Below, one piece after another: positions 8,278 to 17,050 of a stretch of 29,401 bases of DNA. Numbering within the stretch: the first letter of the stretch is position 1; each line of letters opens with the position of its first letter. The translations under genes and the position numbers were made by a program. Below the pieces are notes generated by a model. That model worked only from the letters and a program-made list of their open reading frames with translations, had not been told where the DNA came from and made no database searches. The stretch is from Chthoniobacteraceae bacterium. Lineage in GTDB: Bacteria > Verrucomicrobiota > Verrucomicrobiia > Chthoniobacterales > Chthoniobacteraceae. The DNA lies in contig JBEBGD010000067.1 of the NCBI GenBank assembly GCA_040081625.1, forward strand, positions 1-29,401, written 5' to 3'.

Positions 8278-10280
8278 AGCCGCTCGATCATCGCCTTCAT
8301 CGCCGCGAAGCGATCCGTCCCGCTCGCGTGCTCCACCGGCGTGTTGAGGATCTGCCCTGCGTTGCGGTGCTCGACCCACTCGGGCGGCAGCTCCTTCAAA
8401 AACGAACTCGCCGTGCATGGCATCGTGCTCCCGTATTTGAACCGCGAACGGCACCACGTCAGCGCCAGCGTCTTCTGCGCGCGCGTGATGCCGACGTAGA
8501 GCAGCCGCCGCTCTTCATCGACCGTTCCTTCGAGCTTCGAGCGATCGTGCGGCAGCACGCCCTCCTCGACGCCGATGAGATACACATTCGGAAACTCGAG
8601 CCCCTTCGCCGCGTGCAACGTGATGAGCGTGACGCCGTCGCCCTTCATCTCGTCCTTTTCCTCCTCGCGCTCGTTGCGCAGCATCATCTCGTCGAGGAAT
8701 CCGCGCAGCCCGTCGCTCGACCGTCCCTGGAATTCGTCGAACGACTTGAGCATCTCCGCCACGTTCGTCTCGCGGCTGAGCGCCTCCTCCGGCGTCTTGC
8801 ACGTGCGCTTGAGATCGTCCACGTAGGCGACCTTCGTGAGCAGCTCGCGCAGCACTTCGCATTGGTTGGAAAGCGGCGTGTTGAGCTTCGTCTCGAAGCC
8901 GTCGAGCAGCTCGGTGAAAGCGTCGATCGACGCCACCGCGCGCGACGAAAGCTCCGCGCGGAATTCTTCGTCTCGGAGCGCGGCGAAGACGCTGCACCGC
9001 TTGTGCGCACTGATCGCCGTCGCGCGCTCGACCGTCGTCGCGCTGATCCCGCGCGCCGGCGTGTTGATGATCCGCAGCAGCGACACGTCGTCGTCGGTGT
9101 TCAGCAGCGCGCTCGCGTAAGCGAGCACCTCCTTCACCTCTCGCCGGTCGAAGAAGCTCTTCCCGCCGATCAGCCGATACGGAATGCGGAGCTGACGCAG
9201 GTTCGTCTCGATCAGCCGCGACTGCGCGTTCATGCGGTAGAGAATGGCGAAATCCTCCCACTTCGCGTGTTCGGTGAGCTGCCGTGTCGCGATCTCGTTC
9301 GTGATGAACTCCGCCTCCTGCCGGTCGTCATCCATTTGGATGATGCGCACCTTCGCGCCATCGCCGAGCCCGCTCCAGAGCTGCTTCGGGCGGCGGCGCG
9401 GGTTGTTTTTGATGAGCGCGTTCGCCGTGTTCAGGATCGCATTCGTCGAGCGGTAGTTCTGCTCGAGCTTCACGACCGTCGGGTTCGGAAAGTGGGTCTC
9501 GAACTCGAGGATGTTGCTCACTTCCGCGCCGCGCCAGCCGTAGATGGACTGGTCGTCGTCGCCCACGACCGCGACGTTGTTCCGCGCATCGGCGAGGTGC
9601 GAGATGAGTTCGAGCTGGAGCCGGTTCGTGTCCTGGAACTCGTCGATCATCAGGTAGCCAAAGCGCCGCTGCCAACGCTCCCGCACGTCGGCGTGTTCGG
9701 TCAGCAACTTCGCGGTGAGCACGAGCAGATCGTCGAAATCAACGGCGTTCAGCGTCTTCAACTCCGTCTGGTAACGCAGATACACCGCCCCGATCAGCGT
9801 CTGTTCATCGGGGTTCGCATTCCACGCGTTGTTCTTCGCCTTGCTGATGAGATTCTTCGCCGTGTTCGGGTCGAGCTTCTCGTCCTTGGCCGCGGTTCGC
9901 GTGATGATCTTCTTGATCAGCCCCATCTGGTCGCCCTCGTCGTAGATCGAGAAGTTGCGCTTGTAGCCGAGCTTCTCGATGTCCTGCCGCAGGATGCGCA
10001 CGCACAGCGCGTGGAAGGTGCACATCGTCACCTTCTTCGCCTTCGGCTTCTCGACGAGCGTCGCGAGCCGCTCGCGCATTTCGTTCGCCGCCTTGTTCGT
10101 GAACGTGACCGCGAGGACATTCTCCGGCGCGACTCCCTGCGCGAGGAGATACGCCACGCGCGCCGTGATCACGCGCGTCTTCCCCGTGCCCGCGCCGGCG
10201 AGGATCAGCAATGGACCCTCGGTCGAGCGCACCGCGGATTCCTGTTCTGGATTGAGATCGAAGAGCCGAAAGCCGGACAT
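8274..10280 (-). CDS. UvrD/Rep/PcrA superfamily 1 ATP-dependent DNA helicase
   Basis: LNPEQ, LILAGAGTGKTRV, VTFTNKAA, DEFQDTN, VGDDDQSIYGWRGA, LEQNYRST, TLHAAKGLEF, EERRLLYVGITRA; 668 aa, Rep-like length. Confidence 0.95.
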   Translation of the reverse strand: MSGFRLFDLNPEQESAVRSTEGPLLILAGAGTGKTRVITARVAYLLAQGVAPENVLAVTFTNKAANEMRERLATLVEKPKAKKVTMCTFHALCVRILRQDIEKLGYKRNFSIYDEGDQMGLIKKIITRTAAKDEKLDPNTAKNLISKAKNNAWNANPDEQTLIGAVYLRYQTELKTLNAVDFDDLLVLTAKLLTEHADVRERWQRRFGYLMIDEFQDTNRLQLELISHLADARNNVAVVGDDDQSIYGWRGAEVSNILEFETHFPNPTVVKLEQNYRSTNAILNTANALIKNNPRRRPKQLWSGLGDGAKVRIIQMDDDRQEAEFITNEIATRQLTEHAKWEDFAILYRMNAQSRLIETNLRQLRIPYRLIGGKSFFDRREVKEVLAYASALLNTDDDVSLLRIINTPARGISATTVERATAISAHKRCSVFAALRDEEFRAELSSRAVASIDAFTELLDGFETKLNTPLSNQCEVLRELLTKVAYVDDLKRTCKTPEEALSRETNVAEMLKSFDEFQGRSSDGLRGFLDEMMLRNEREEEKDEMKGDGVTLITLHAAKGLEFPNVYLIGVEEGVLPHDRSKLEGTVDEERRLLYVGITRAQKTLALTWCRSRFKYGSTMPCTASSFLKELPPEWVEHRNAGQILNTPVEHASGTDRFAAMKAMIERL

Positions 10281-10289
10281 GCGCGCAGC

Positions 10290-11102
10290 CTACTGCACGT
10301 AATGATGAAAGCTCGTGATCGTCTGCTGCGCCGCGACGAGCGGGAAAGGCAGCGGCAGGACTTCCGCGCTCAGGTAGCCGCGATAGCCGATCTTGCGCAG
10401 CGCCTCGATCACCGGTGCCACGAGCGTGTGTCCGTAGCCTACAGCCTGACGGTTCGAATCCGCAAAGTGGACGTGGCCGATCAGATCCCCGCCAGCGAGG
10501 ATCGCCTCCGCCATGTCCTCCTCCTCGATGTTCATGTGGAAGAGGTCCGCGAGAATCTTCACGTTCCTCGTCTTCAAGCCGCGCAGAAATTTCGCCGCCG
10601 GCTCGACGCGATTGAAGAGGTTTGTCTCGTAGCGGTTCAGGAACTCGTAGAGGAACGGCTGGCCGTGCTGCGCCGCGTGTTCGCCGAGGTCTTCGAGTGC
10701 CTCCGCCAGCCACGCGAGCGCCTGCTCGCGCGTGACCTCGCCCTCAAACTTCCCCTGCATCGACCCGAGGATCGTCGGTGCGCCGAAGCCGCCCGCGAGG
10801 TCGATGATGGCGCGGATGAACTCGCGCGCCTCATGCCGGATCGCCGCGTCGGCGTGCGTAAGCGACCACTTGTGAATGACCATCCCCGCGCCGGTGCCGA
10901 CCGCGGCGACCTTGAGTCGGTGATGATCAAGCAAGCCCTGCAACTCCGCGATATCGATCGCGTTCGCCGCGGGCGGAAAAATCTCGATCGCATCGAAGCC
11001 GAGCTTCGACGCGGCGATGCACGCATCCTCGAGTCCGTCGTGAAAGACGAATGGCCCGCTGCGCGCCTGCGGAGTGAGGGAGACGGTGATGGCGCTTAGC
11101 AT
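10290..11102 (-). CDS. Sugar phosphate isomerase/epimerase (xylose-isomerase-like TIM barrel), resembling 5-keto-L-gluconate epimerase IolO
   Basis: AVGTG..SLTH, EFLNRYETN, ILADLFHMNIEE, HVHFADSNR, GYRGYLSAEVLPLP. Confidence 0.85.
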   Translation of the reverse strand: MLSAITVSLTPQARSGPFVFHDGLEDACIAASKLGFDAIEIFPPAANAIDIAELQGLLDHHRLKVAAVGTGAGMVIHKWSLTHADAAIRHEAREFIRAIIDLAGGFGAPTILGSMQGKFEGEVTREQALAWLAEALEDLGEHAAQHGQPFLYEFLNRYETNLFNRVEPAAKFLRGLKTRNVKILADLFHMNIEEEDMAEAILAGGDLIGHVHFADSNRQAVGYGHTLVAPVIEALRKIGYRGYLSAEVLPLPFPLVAAQQTITSFHHYVQ

Positions 11103-11109
11103 TCTGAAA

Positions 11110-11200
11110 CAGGATTTACAAGATTGGCAGGATTACAGGATTACGCGTTGTGCGCAGATGAGACGAAATCCTGTTTATCCTGCAAATCCTGATAATCCTA
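11110..11200. repeat. Inverted array of 8-9 nt CAGGATT tandem units (4 + 4)
   Basis: CAGGATTTA CAAGATTGG CAGGATTA CAGGATTA, a 22-nt spacer, then AAATCCTG TTTATCCTG CAAATCCTG ATAATCCTA. Confidence 0.85.
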
Positions 11201-11202
11201 TC

Positions 11203-12447
11203 TCATCCAACGAAAAGCGGCCGCAGGTGCCGCGCGTAGATGTTTTCGGTAACGTTGCGACCGACGACTTCGGCATTCGCGTCGAGCAAATCAAGATACC
11301 GGCGCCCCGCCTTCGCCGCGACTTTGAAGCTGACATGGAGAAGCTGGCGCAGGCTGGAGTTGAACTGCGGATCGCCCGGCACGTGCCGCAGCGCGCGGAC
11401 GAACTGCTCGTTCGTCCAGTCCGCGACCGATGCCGGCAGCTTCGCGCGATCGACGTCGATGACCGACGCATACGGCGCGCACAGCTCGTCGATGTGATCG
11501 AGCGCGTAGGCGTAGATCTCCTTTGAGAACGCGAGGCCGTCGCCGCCCGCCTCGGCGAGCCCGATGAGCTCCTCGAGCCACGTCGTGCCGGCCGTCTTGA
11601 GGTGCAGTCCGGCGCCGAATTTCGGCAGCGTGCGCCGGATGATCGGGTAGAGCGAAAACTTGTCCGAGCCGCTGTGGACCGAGAGCTTCAGGCTCGCCGG
11701 CAGGCCGTAGCGCGCGACGGCGTGCGCGATCACCGCGAGGTCGTCGATGAACTCCTGCTCGAACTGCACGAGGTCGCCAACGTAATCCACGCCCTTGTTG
11801 AATCGGCCGGTAAACTTCGGCGCGATCGTCTGCGCTTTCACGCCTTCATCGGCGAGCGCGGCGAGGATGATGAGCAGTTCCGGCGGCGTCTGCGGCGAGT
11901 CGGTCTCGTCCATCGAAACCTCGGCGACGATGTTCTCCTCGCCCTTCGCAGCGGCGATGTGCCGGTAGATTTTCCCCGCGTCCTGCACCGCGAGCAGGAA
12001 CTTCTCCGCGACCCGCTGCACTTCCGCGCGCGTGATCTCAAACGGGCGTTCGATGCCGGCAATCGCGACCGTGCCGACCAGTTCCGGATGCCGATCCACG
12101 AATGCGGTTACGTCCGCCGCCGTCGCCGGTTTCGCGATCGATTCCGCGACATCGAGCGTGAAGAAATCCGAGCACGGCAGAAAGCGATCGACGGTCTTGA
12201 GCCCGATGTGATCGGCATCGACATGCCAGCCCTTCGTCCACCCGAGCGATTTCACCGCATCGTGCGCCGCATCATAAACGCTCTGCGGCTCCGAGCCGAC
12301 GAATGTGTGCTCGCGATTCGATTTGTTCCAGACCGGCACCGCGGTGACCCCGTCCTTTTCGAGCTGTTGAAACGCGCGGAGCTGCGCCTTCGCCTGGTGC
12401 GCGAAGCGGTCGCCGACGCCGATCGTGAATTTTTCGAGAGTGAGCAT
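11203..12447 (-). CDS. uxaE: Tagaturonate/fructuronate epimerase family protein
   Basis: GVGDRF, WNKSNREH, VDADHI, EVSMDET, APKFTGRFNKGVDY, SVHSGSDKFSLY, HLKTAGTTWLE: UxaE family motifs. Confidence 0.88.
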   Translation of the reverse strand: MLTLEKFTIGVGDRFAHQAKAQLRAFQQLEKDGVTAVPVWNKSNREHTFVGSEPQSVYDAAHDAVKSLGWTKGWHVDADHIGLKTVDRFLPCSDFFTLDVAESIAKPATAADVTAFVDRHPELVGTVAIAGIERPFEITRAEVQRVAEKFLLAVQDAGKIYRHIAAAKGEENIVAEVSMDETDSPQTPPELLIILAALADEGVKAQTIAPKFTGRFNKGVDYVGDLVQFEQEFIDDLAVIAHAVARYGLPASLKLSVHSGSDKFSLYPIIRRTLPKFGAGLHLKTAGTTWLEELIGLAEAGGDGLAFSKEIYAYALDHIDELCAPYASVIDVDRAKLPASVADWTNEQFVRALRHVPGDPQFNSSLRQLLHVSFKVAAKAGRRYLDLLDANAEVVGRNVTENIYARHLRPLFVG

Positions 12448-12492
12448 GAGGCGCCGAGAGTAAAAGCACCCGCGTGCTCCGCCAGTAACGAT

Positions 12493-13995
12493 TTACGCCG
12501 CTGACCGCGCGCGCTTGAGCTCCGCGCTCGTCTTCTCCGTCTCCTGCAAAAGCGCGGGGACGGTTGGCAGGGCGCGGGCCCGGACGTAGATCTGGTAGCT
12601 GAAGAATCCGCGCCGCAGCTTGATGCAGAGTTCGTTCAGCACGACGAGCGCGCGGCCGAGCAGGTTGTTGCCGACGGCTTTCGGGAAGGGCGCGGGGATG
12701 CCGCGCATCTCCTCGATCTCGAAGCCGGTCTGCTCGAACAGCTCGCGCAGCGATCGGAAAGTGAAGAGCCGCGTGTGCGTGCGGTCGAGGATGCCTTTGC
12801 GGCCGTAGTTGAACTGCCCGAGCAGCAGCGCGAGGCGCGTGATGAAGAAGCCGATGTTTGCGGTGGTCAGCACGATCTCGGGGCGCTTGTAGGCGGCAGC
12901 GGCGCGCAGGCGCTCCATGAAAACCTCGGGGTCGTGCAGGTGCTCGATCACGTCGAGCATGAAGATCTGGTCGAACTCCGAGACCTCGACGGGGAATTCG
13001 CCGGCGTCGAGATCGAAGCGGCGGAACTCGACGTTCGGCTTGCCGGACTCGCGCACGTATTGGTCGATGCCGACGATGCGCGCGGCCTTCGTGGACATCT
13101 CGTCGGCGACGTAGCCCTGGCCGCAGCCGATATCGAGCACCGTCGCGCCTTCGCGGACCGACTCGAGAGCAAGAGTGTGCGAGGAGGTAAAGCCGAGCTT
13201 CAAGTCGTAGGTGAGCTCGACCTGGCCGACGTCAAACTTGCGATCGTAGAGCAGGTTCATCTCGTGGAACTTCGCGCGCAGCACCGAGCGGCAGCAGTCC
13301 CACGCGTATTTGATCCCGTTCACGTGGCAGATCTCGTCGCCGTAAAATGTGGGAATGGGAATCTCGACGATCTTCAACCCGGCGAAGACGAACTGGATGA
13401 TGATGTCGGTGTCGAAATGGAAGTCGTTCGAGTTGCGGTCGAACGGGATGCGCGCGAGCGCCTTCGTCGAGTAGAGCCGGTAGCCGCTGTGGAATTCGCT
13501 GAGCTGCGTCTTGAGCACGCGATTCTCGAAGGCGGTGAGCACCTGGTTGCCGATCCATTTATACATCGGCATCCCGCCCTTCAGTGCGTCCTTCTTGTTG
13601 ATCATCCGCGAGCCGAAGACCGCGTCAGCCTCGCCCTTGATGAGCGGCTCGATGAGCGCCGGCAGCTTCTCCGGCGCATACTGGCCGTCGCCATGGACGA
13701 GCGCGACGACGTCGAATCCCTTCTCGATCGCGTAGCGGTAGCCGAGCTTCTGGTTGCCGCCGTAGCCCTGGTTCACGGGCGTGCGCAGCACCGTGATCTT
13801 GAAATCGCTCGCCTGCTGCTCGTGCTTGAGCCCTGCGCCGAAGGTGTCGTCCTTCGACGAATCGTCGATGATGAGCACCTCGACGTTCTTTGTGCGCAGC
13901 TCCTCGGGGATGCGCGAGAGGACGCTGGAGATGGTCTTCTCCGCGTTGTAGGCGACGATGAAAATGAGGACGCGCTTGTCGGCGAGATCGATCAC
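12493..13995 (-). CDS. Bifunctional GT2 (DPM1-like) glycosyltransferase / class I SAM methyltransferase
   Basis: GT2 half: IVAYNAE, IIDDSSKDDT, NQGYGG, HGDGQY, GSRM. Methyltransferase half: VLDIGCGQG, DVIEHL, LDRTHTRLFT. Start GTG 13995. Confidence 0.88.
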   Translation of the reverse strand: MIDLADKRVLIFIVAYNAEKTISSVLSRIPEELRTKNVEVLIIDDSSKDDTFGAGLKHEQQASDFKITVLRTPVNQGYGGNQKLGYRYAIEKGFDVVALVHGDGQYAPEKLPALIEPLIKGEADAVFGSRMINKKDALKGGMPMYKWIGNQVLTAFENRVLKTQLSEFHSGYRLYSTKALARIPFDRNSNDFHFDTDIIIQFVFAGLKIVEIPIPTFYGDEICHVNGIKYAWDCCRSVLRAKFHEMNLLYDRKFDVGQVELTYDLKLGFTSSHTLALESVREGATVLDIGCGQGYVADEMSTKAARIVGIDQYVRESGKPNVEFRRFDLDAGEFPVEVSEFDQIFMLDVIEHLHDPEVFMERLRAAAAYKRPEIVLTTANIGFFITRLALLLGQFNYGRKGILDRTHTRLFTFRSLRELFEQTGFEIEEMRGIPAPFPKAVGNNLLGRALVVLNELCIKLRRGFFSYQIYVRARALPTVPALLQETEKTSAELKRARSAA

Positions 13996-14002
13996 GGCGC
14001 GG

Positions 14003-14031
14003 AGGATAGCGGCACACGCGCGGCTTGTCAT
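14003..14031 (-). promoter_or_regulatory. Putative sigma70 promoter producing a leaderless GT2-methyltransferase mRNA
   Basis: ATGACA-17 nt-TATCCT-7 nt-GTG on the minus strand. Confidence 0.5.
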
Positions 14032-14059
14032 CCCGCTCGAAAAGCGCGCCAATCGGGCC

Positions 14060-14698
14060 GTGCAAAAGACCACGATCATCCGCCGCCTGCTCGATCCCGG
14101 CATCATCGCCATCATCCGCGCCGATTCCTCCGACCAACTCATCGAGTGTGCCGAGGCGCTCTACGCCGGCGGCGTCACTGCGATGGAAGTGACGATGACC
14201 ACGCCGAATGCGCTGCGGGTCGTGGGCGACGTGACGGCGCGTTTCGGCAGCAAGGTGCTCATGGGCGTAGGCACCGTGCTCGATGCGGAGACCTGCCGCG
14301 CGGCGATCCTCGCGGGCGCGGAGTTCATCGTGACGCCGGTGACAAAGCCCGAGGTGATCCGCCTCGCGAACCGCTACGGCAAGCCGATCGCAGCGGGCGC
14401 GTTCACGCCGACCGAGATGCTCACCGCGCACGAGAGCGGCGCGGATTTCATCAAGCTGTTTCCCGCCGAGTTTGCCGGCCCCGCCTATGTGAAGTCGGTG
14501 CTCGCGCCACTGCCGATGCTGCAGATCGTGCCGACGGGCGGCGTGACGCCGGAGAACGCGAAGGAATTTCTCGACGCCGGTTGCGTCGCGCTCGGCGCAG
14601 GCTCGTCGCTCGTGTCGAAGGAGATTTTGAAGAAGCGCGACTGGGCCGCGCTGCGGGCGCGGGCGGAGGCCTTCGTGAAGGCGGTCAAGCCGCGCTGA
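14060..14698 (+). CDS. eda: KDPG/KHG aldolase
   Basis: IIAIIR, EVTMTTP, GVGTV, GAEFIVTP, GAFTPTE, IKLFPA, VPTGGV; GTG start 14060. Confidence 0.92.
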   Translation: MQKTTIIRRLLDPGIIAIIRADSSDQLIECAEALYAGGVTAMEVTMTTPNALRVVGDVTARFGSKVLMGVGTVLDAETCRAAILAGAEFIVTPVTKPEVIRLANRYGKPIAAGAFTPTEMLTAHESGADFIKLFPAEFAGPAYVKSVLAPLPMLQIVPTGGVTPENAKEFLDAGCVALGAGSSLVSKEILKKRDWAALRARAEAFVKAVKPR

Positions 14699-15956
14699 GC
14701 GGGCGCGTGTTGTTCACGAACAGCGCGCACACGCTCATCACCACGAAGCCGCTCCCGCACATCCAGAATACCTCGCGCCAGTCCGCGCTGTGGAAGGAAC
14801 TCGCGAGCGCGAGCGGTATGAGTTTCGCGACGGCGGACGCGCCGAGGTTCCCCCACATGTTGCTCCACGCCATCGTCGCCGCGGTGTAGTTGCGGCCGAT
14901 GTCCTGGCTGATCGCCCAGATCGCCGGGCCGGCACTGTCGGTCGTGAAGGCGACGATGCCGCACGCGACCGCGACGGCGATCGTGCTGCCGAGCGATGGG
15001 ATCACCGCATACGCCACCGCTGCGATCACCCCGCCGATGATCAGCGGCAGGCGCCGGCCCCAGAGCATGCCGAACCAGCGCGTGAGCGCATCGCACCACC
15101 AACCGCCGAAGATCACACCCGTCATCCCGCAGCCGAGCGCGAGCGTGACGTAGAGATTCGCGTGCGCCTGGTCGAGGCCGCGCACCTGCTGGAGATACTT
15201 CGGCAGCCACGTGATGAGCAGCGCCCAGCCGAAGTTCAGCCCGATGCCGGCGAGGCTCAGCAGCCAAAGGCTCGGATGGCTCAACAACTCGCGCCACGGG
15301 AAGCGGTGATCGGGCGCGGGGGGCGGCGGGCCGCTGTCGCGGATGAGTTCGCGCTCCGCTTCATTCGTCCACGGATGCGAAGCCGGGTCGTCGCGGAAGA
15401 CGAAATGCGTCGCGGCGGCGAGCGCGAGCCCGATCGCTCCGTAGATCCACAGGACCGGCCGCCACGAGCCGAGCGCGCCGATCGCCACCACGGTGAGGAA
15501 CGGCGCGAGCGCATTTCCCACGCGCCCGCCGAACGCGACGAGCGAGTTTGCCCGCGCGCGATGCCCGAATGGAAACCACCGTGCGATGACGCGCGCACTC
15601 GCCGGATACGCGCCGGCTTCCGCCAGGCCGCACGCGAGCCGCGCCACGATGAGCGCGGCGAGCGTGGCCACGAGTCCGGTCACCGCGGTGCATGCAGACC
15701 ACAGCACGATATAGACGACGAGCATCCGCCGCGGGCCGAAGCGATCCGCCAGCCAGCCCGCCGGGAGCTGGCCGAGCGCGTAGGCGAAGAAGAATGACGA
15801 GAGCACGTTGCCGACGTTCGCCTCGCTCAGCCCGAGCTCGCGCAGGAAGGACGGCGAATGCACGACCGTGGTCATGCAAATGCGGTCGAGGTAGAGCAGG
15901 AAGGCATTCGCCGTCGCCACGCCGAGCAATGCGTAGCGGACGCGCGTCGGCCTCAT
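14685..15956 (-). CDS. MFS transporter (anion:cation symporter / sugar-acid-like)
   Basis: YLDRI, GWLADRFGPR motif A, GLAEAGAYP, WLPKYL; about 12 hydrophobic segments. Confidence 0.9.
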   Translation of the reverse strand: MRPTRVRYALLGVATANAFLLYLDRICMTTVVHSPSFLRELGLSEANVGNVLSSFFFAYALGQLPAGWLADRFGPRRMLVVYIVLWSACTAVTGLVATLAALIVARLACGLAEAGAYPASARVIARWFPFGHRARANSLVAFGGRVGNALAPFLTVVAIGALGSWRPVLWIYGAIGLALAAATHFVFRDDPASHPWTNEAERELIRDSGPPPPAPDHRFPWRELLSHPSLWLLSLAGIGLNFGWALLITWLPKYLQQVRGLDQAHANLYVTLALGCGMTGVIFGGWWCDALTRWFGMLWGRRLPLIIGGVIAAVAYAVIPSLGSTIAVAVACGIVAFTTDSAGPAIWAISQDIGRNYTAATMAWSNMWGNLGASAVAKLIPLALASSFHSADWREVFWMCGSGFVVMSVCALFVNNTRPLSAA

Positions 15957-17041
15957 TTCAAATGCTCGCGCAGAAAGCGCAGGAAGTTGCCCTGCATGAT
16001 CCCGTCGATGTCTGCCTGCGAGTAGCCGCGCGCGGCGAGGAGCGGGCCGAGCGTCACGAGATCGGCGATGCTATCGAGATCCATCGGCGTCTGCTCGGTG
16101 CCGTAGCCGCCGTCGAGATCGGTGCCTATCCCGACGTGGCGCGCGTTGCCGGCGAGCTGGCAGATGTGGTCGATGTGCTCGCAGATCTTCTCGATTTTCA
16201 GTCCGAAGTCCTGCGGCATCGAGCGTTTGTGCGCCCATCCGTGGACCATCATGATCGCGTCGAACGCCATGCCGAGCACGCCGCCCCGTTCGACGACCGC
16301 CTTGATCTGCTCGTCGGTGAACTGCCGGTTCCAGTTCGCGAGCGCGCGACAGTTTTGATGACTCGCCCACAGCGGGCCGGAGTAATGCGCGAGCGCGTCC
16401 CAGAAGCTCTCGTCGCACAGGTGCGTGACATCGAGGATGATGCCGAGCCGCTCCATTTCCTTGAGCAGCTCGCGCCCGCGCGGCGTGAGCGGGCCTTCGT
16501 CGTCGGTGCCGCAGCCGTAGATGCCGGGGCCGTAATGCACCGGGCCGAGCGCGATGAGTCCGTCGGCGCGCGATTTTTCCAGATGCCGCCAGCTCAGGAT
16601 CGAGTCCGCGCCTTCGAGGCTGAGGAGGTAGCCGATGGGAAGCTTCGCCGCTTCCTCGTCGCTCGCCGCCGTCCAGCGCGCGGCGTGCGCCTCGACTTCG
16701 GGCCACGTGCGGAGCTGCAGCATCTCGCCGCAGTCCTCCATCGCGCGGTAGTAGGCGAGCTGGCCCTGCGTGTGCGCCCAGGCCTGCTCGGGGCTGGTCC
16801 AGCCGGGCAGATTGTGGAAGCGCGGCGAGTAGCGCGCGATCTGCGTCGCCACGATGATGCCGAAGCGCCCGCGCCGCAGCTCCGGGAAGCAAACCGTGTT
16901 GCGTGAGCGACCGCGCACATCGGTCATGCCGATCTCGTGGCGGCGCATCTTCTCCTGCGTCCAGCGCTGGTCGCGGTTGAAGTCCTGCGCATTCATCGAG
17001 ATGTCGAGATGGCAGTCGAAGATCAGGCGCGGCGTGCTCAT
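15953..17041 (-). CDS. Membrane (renal-type) dipeptidase, peptidase family M19
   Basis: DCHLD, SLEGAD, LDVTHL, ASHQNCR, HIDHI, GIGTDLDGG. Confidence 0.88.
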   Translation of the reverse strand: MSTPRLIFDCHLDISMNAQDFNRDQRWTQEKMRRHEIGMTDVRGRSRNTVCFPELRRGRFGIIVATQIARYSPRFHNLPGWTSPEQAWAHTQGQLAYYRAMEDCGEMLQLRTWPEVEAHAARWTAASDEEAAKLPIGYLLSLEGADSILSWRHLEKSRADGLIALGPVHYGPGIYGCGTDDEGPLTPRGRELLKEMERLGIILDVTHLCDESFWDALAHYSGPLWASHQNCRALANWNRQFTDEQIKAVVERGGVLGMAFDAIMMVHGWAHKRSMPQDFGLKIEKICEHIDHICQLAGNARHVGIGTDLDGGYGTEQTPMDLDSIADLVTLGPLLAARGYSQADIDGIMQGNFLRFLREHLK

Positions 17042-17050
17042 GGCGTGGGT

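Noticed and set aside
8328..11099. 923-aa plus-strand ORF
   Set aside because: It is an antisense shadow across the helicase and epimerase genes, which happen to share a frame; no domain signature.
11110..11200. CRISPR interpretation of the CAGGATT repeats
   Set aside because: The units are 8-9 nt, adjacent and inverted, with no unique spacers and no cas genes.
12775..14889. 704-aa plus-strand ORF and the 14142 upstream start for the GT2 gene
   Set aside because: The ORF is a shadow of GT2-MT plus an off-frame overlap of eda. The longer GT2 start would overlap eda, whereas GTG 13995 has a well-placed promoter.
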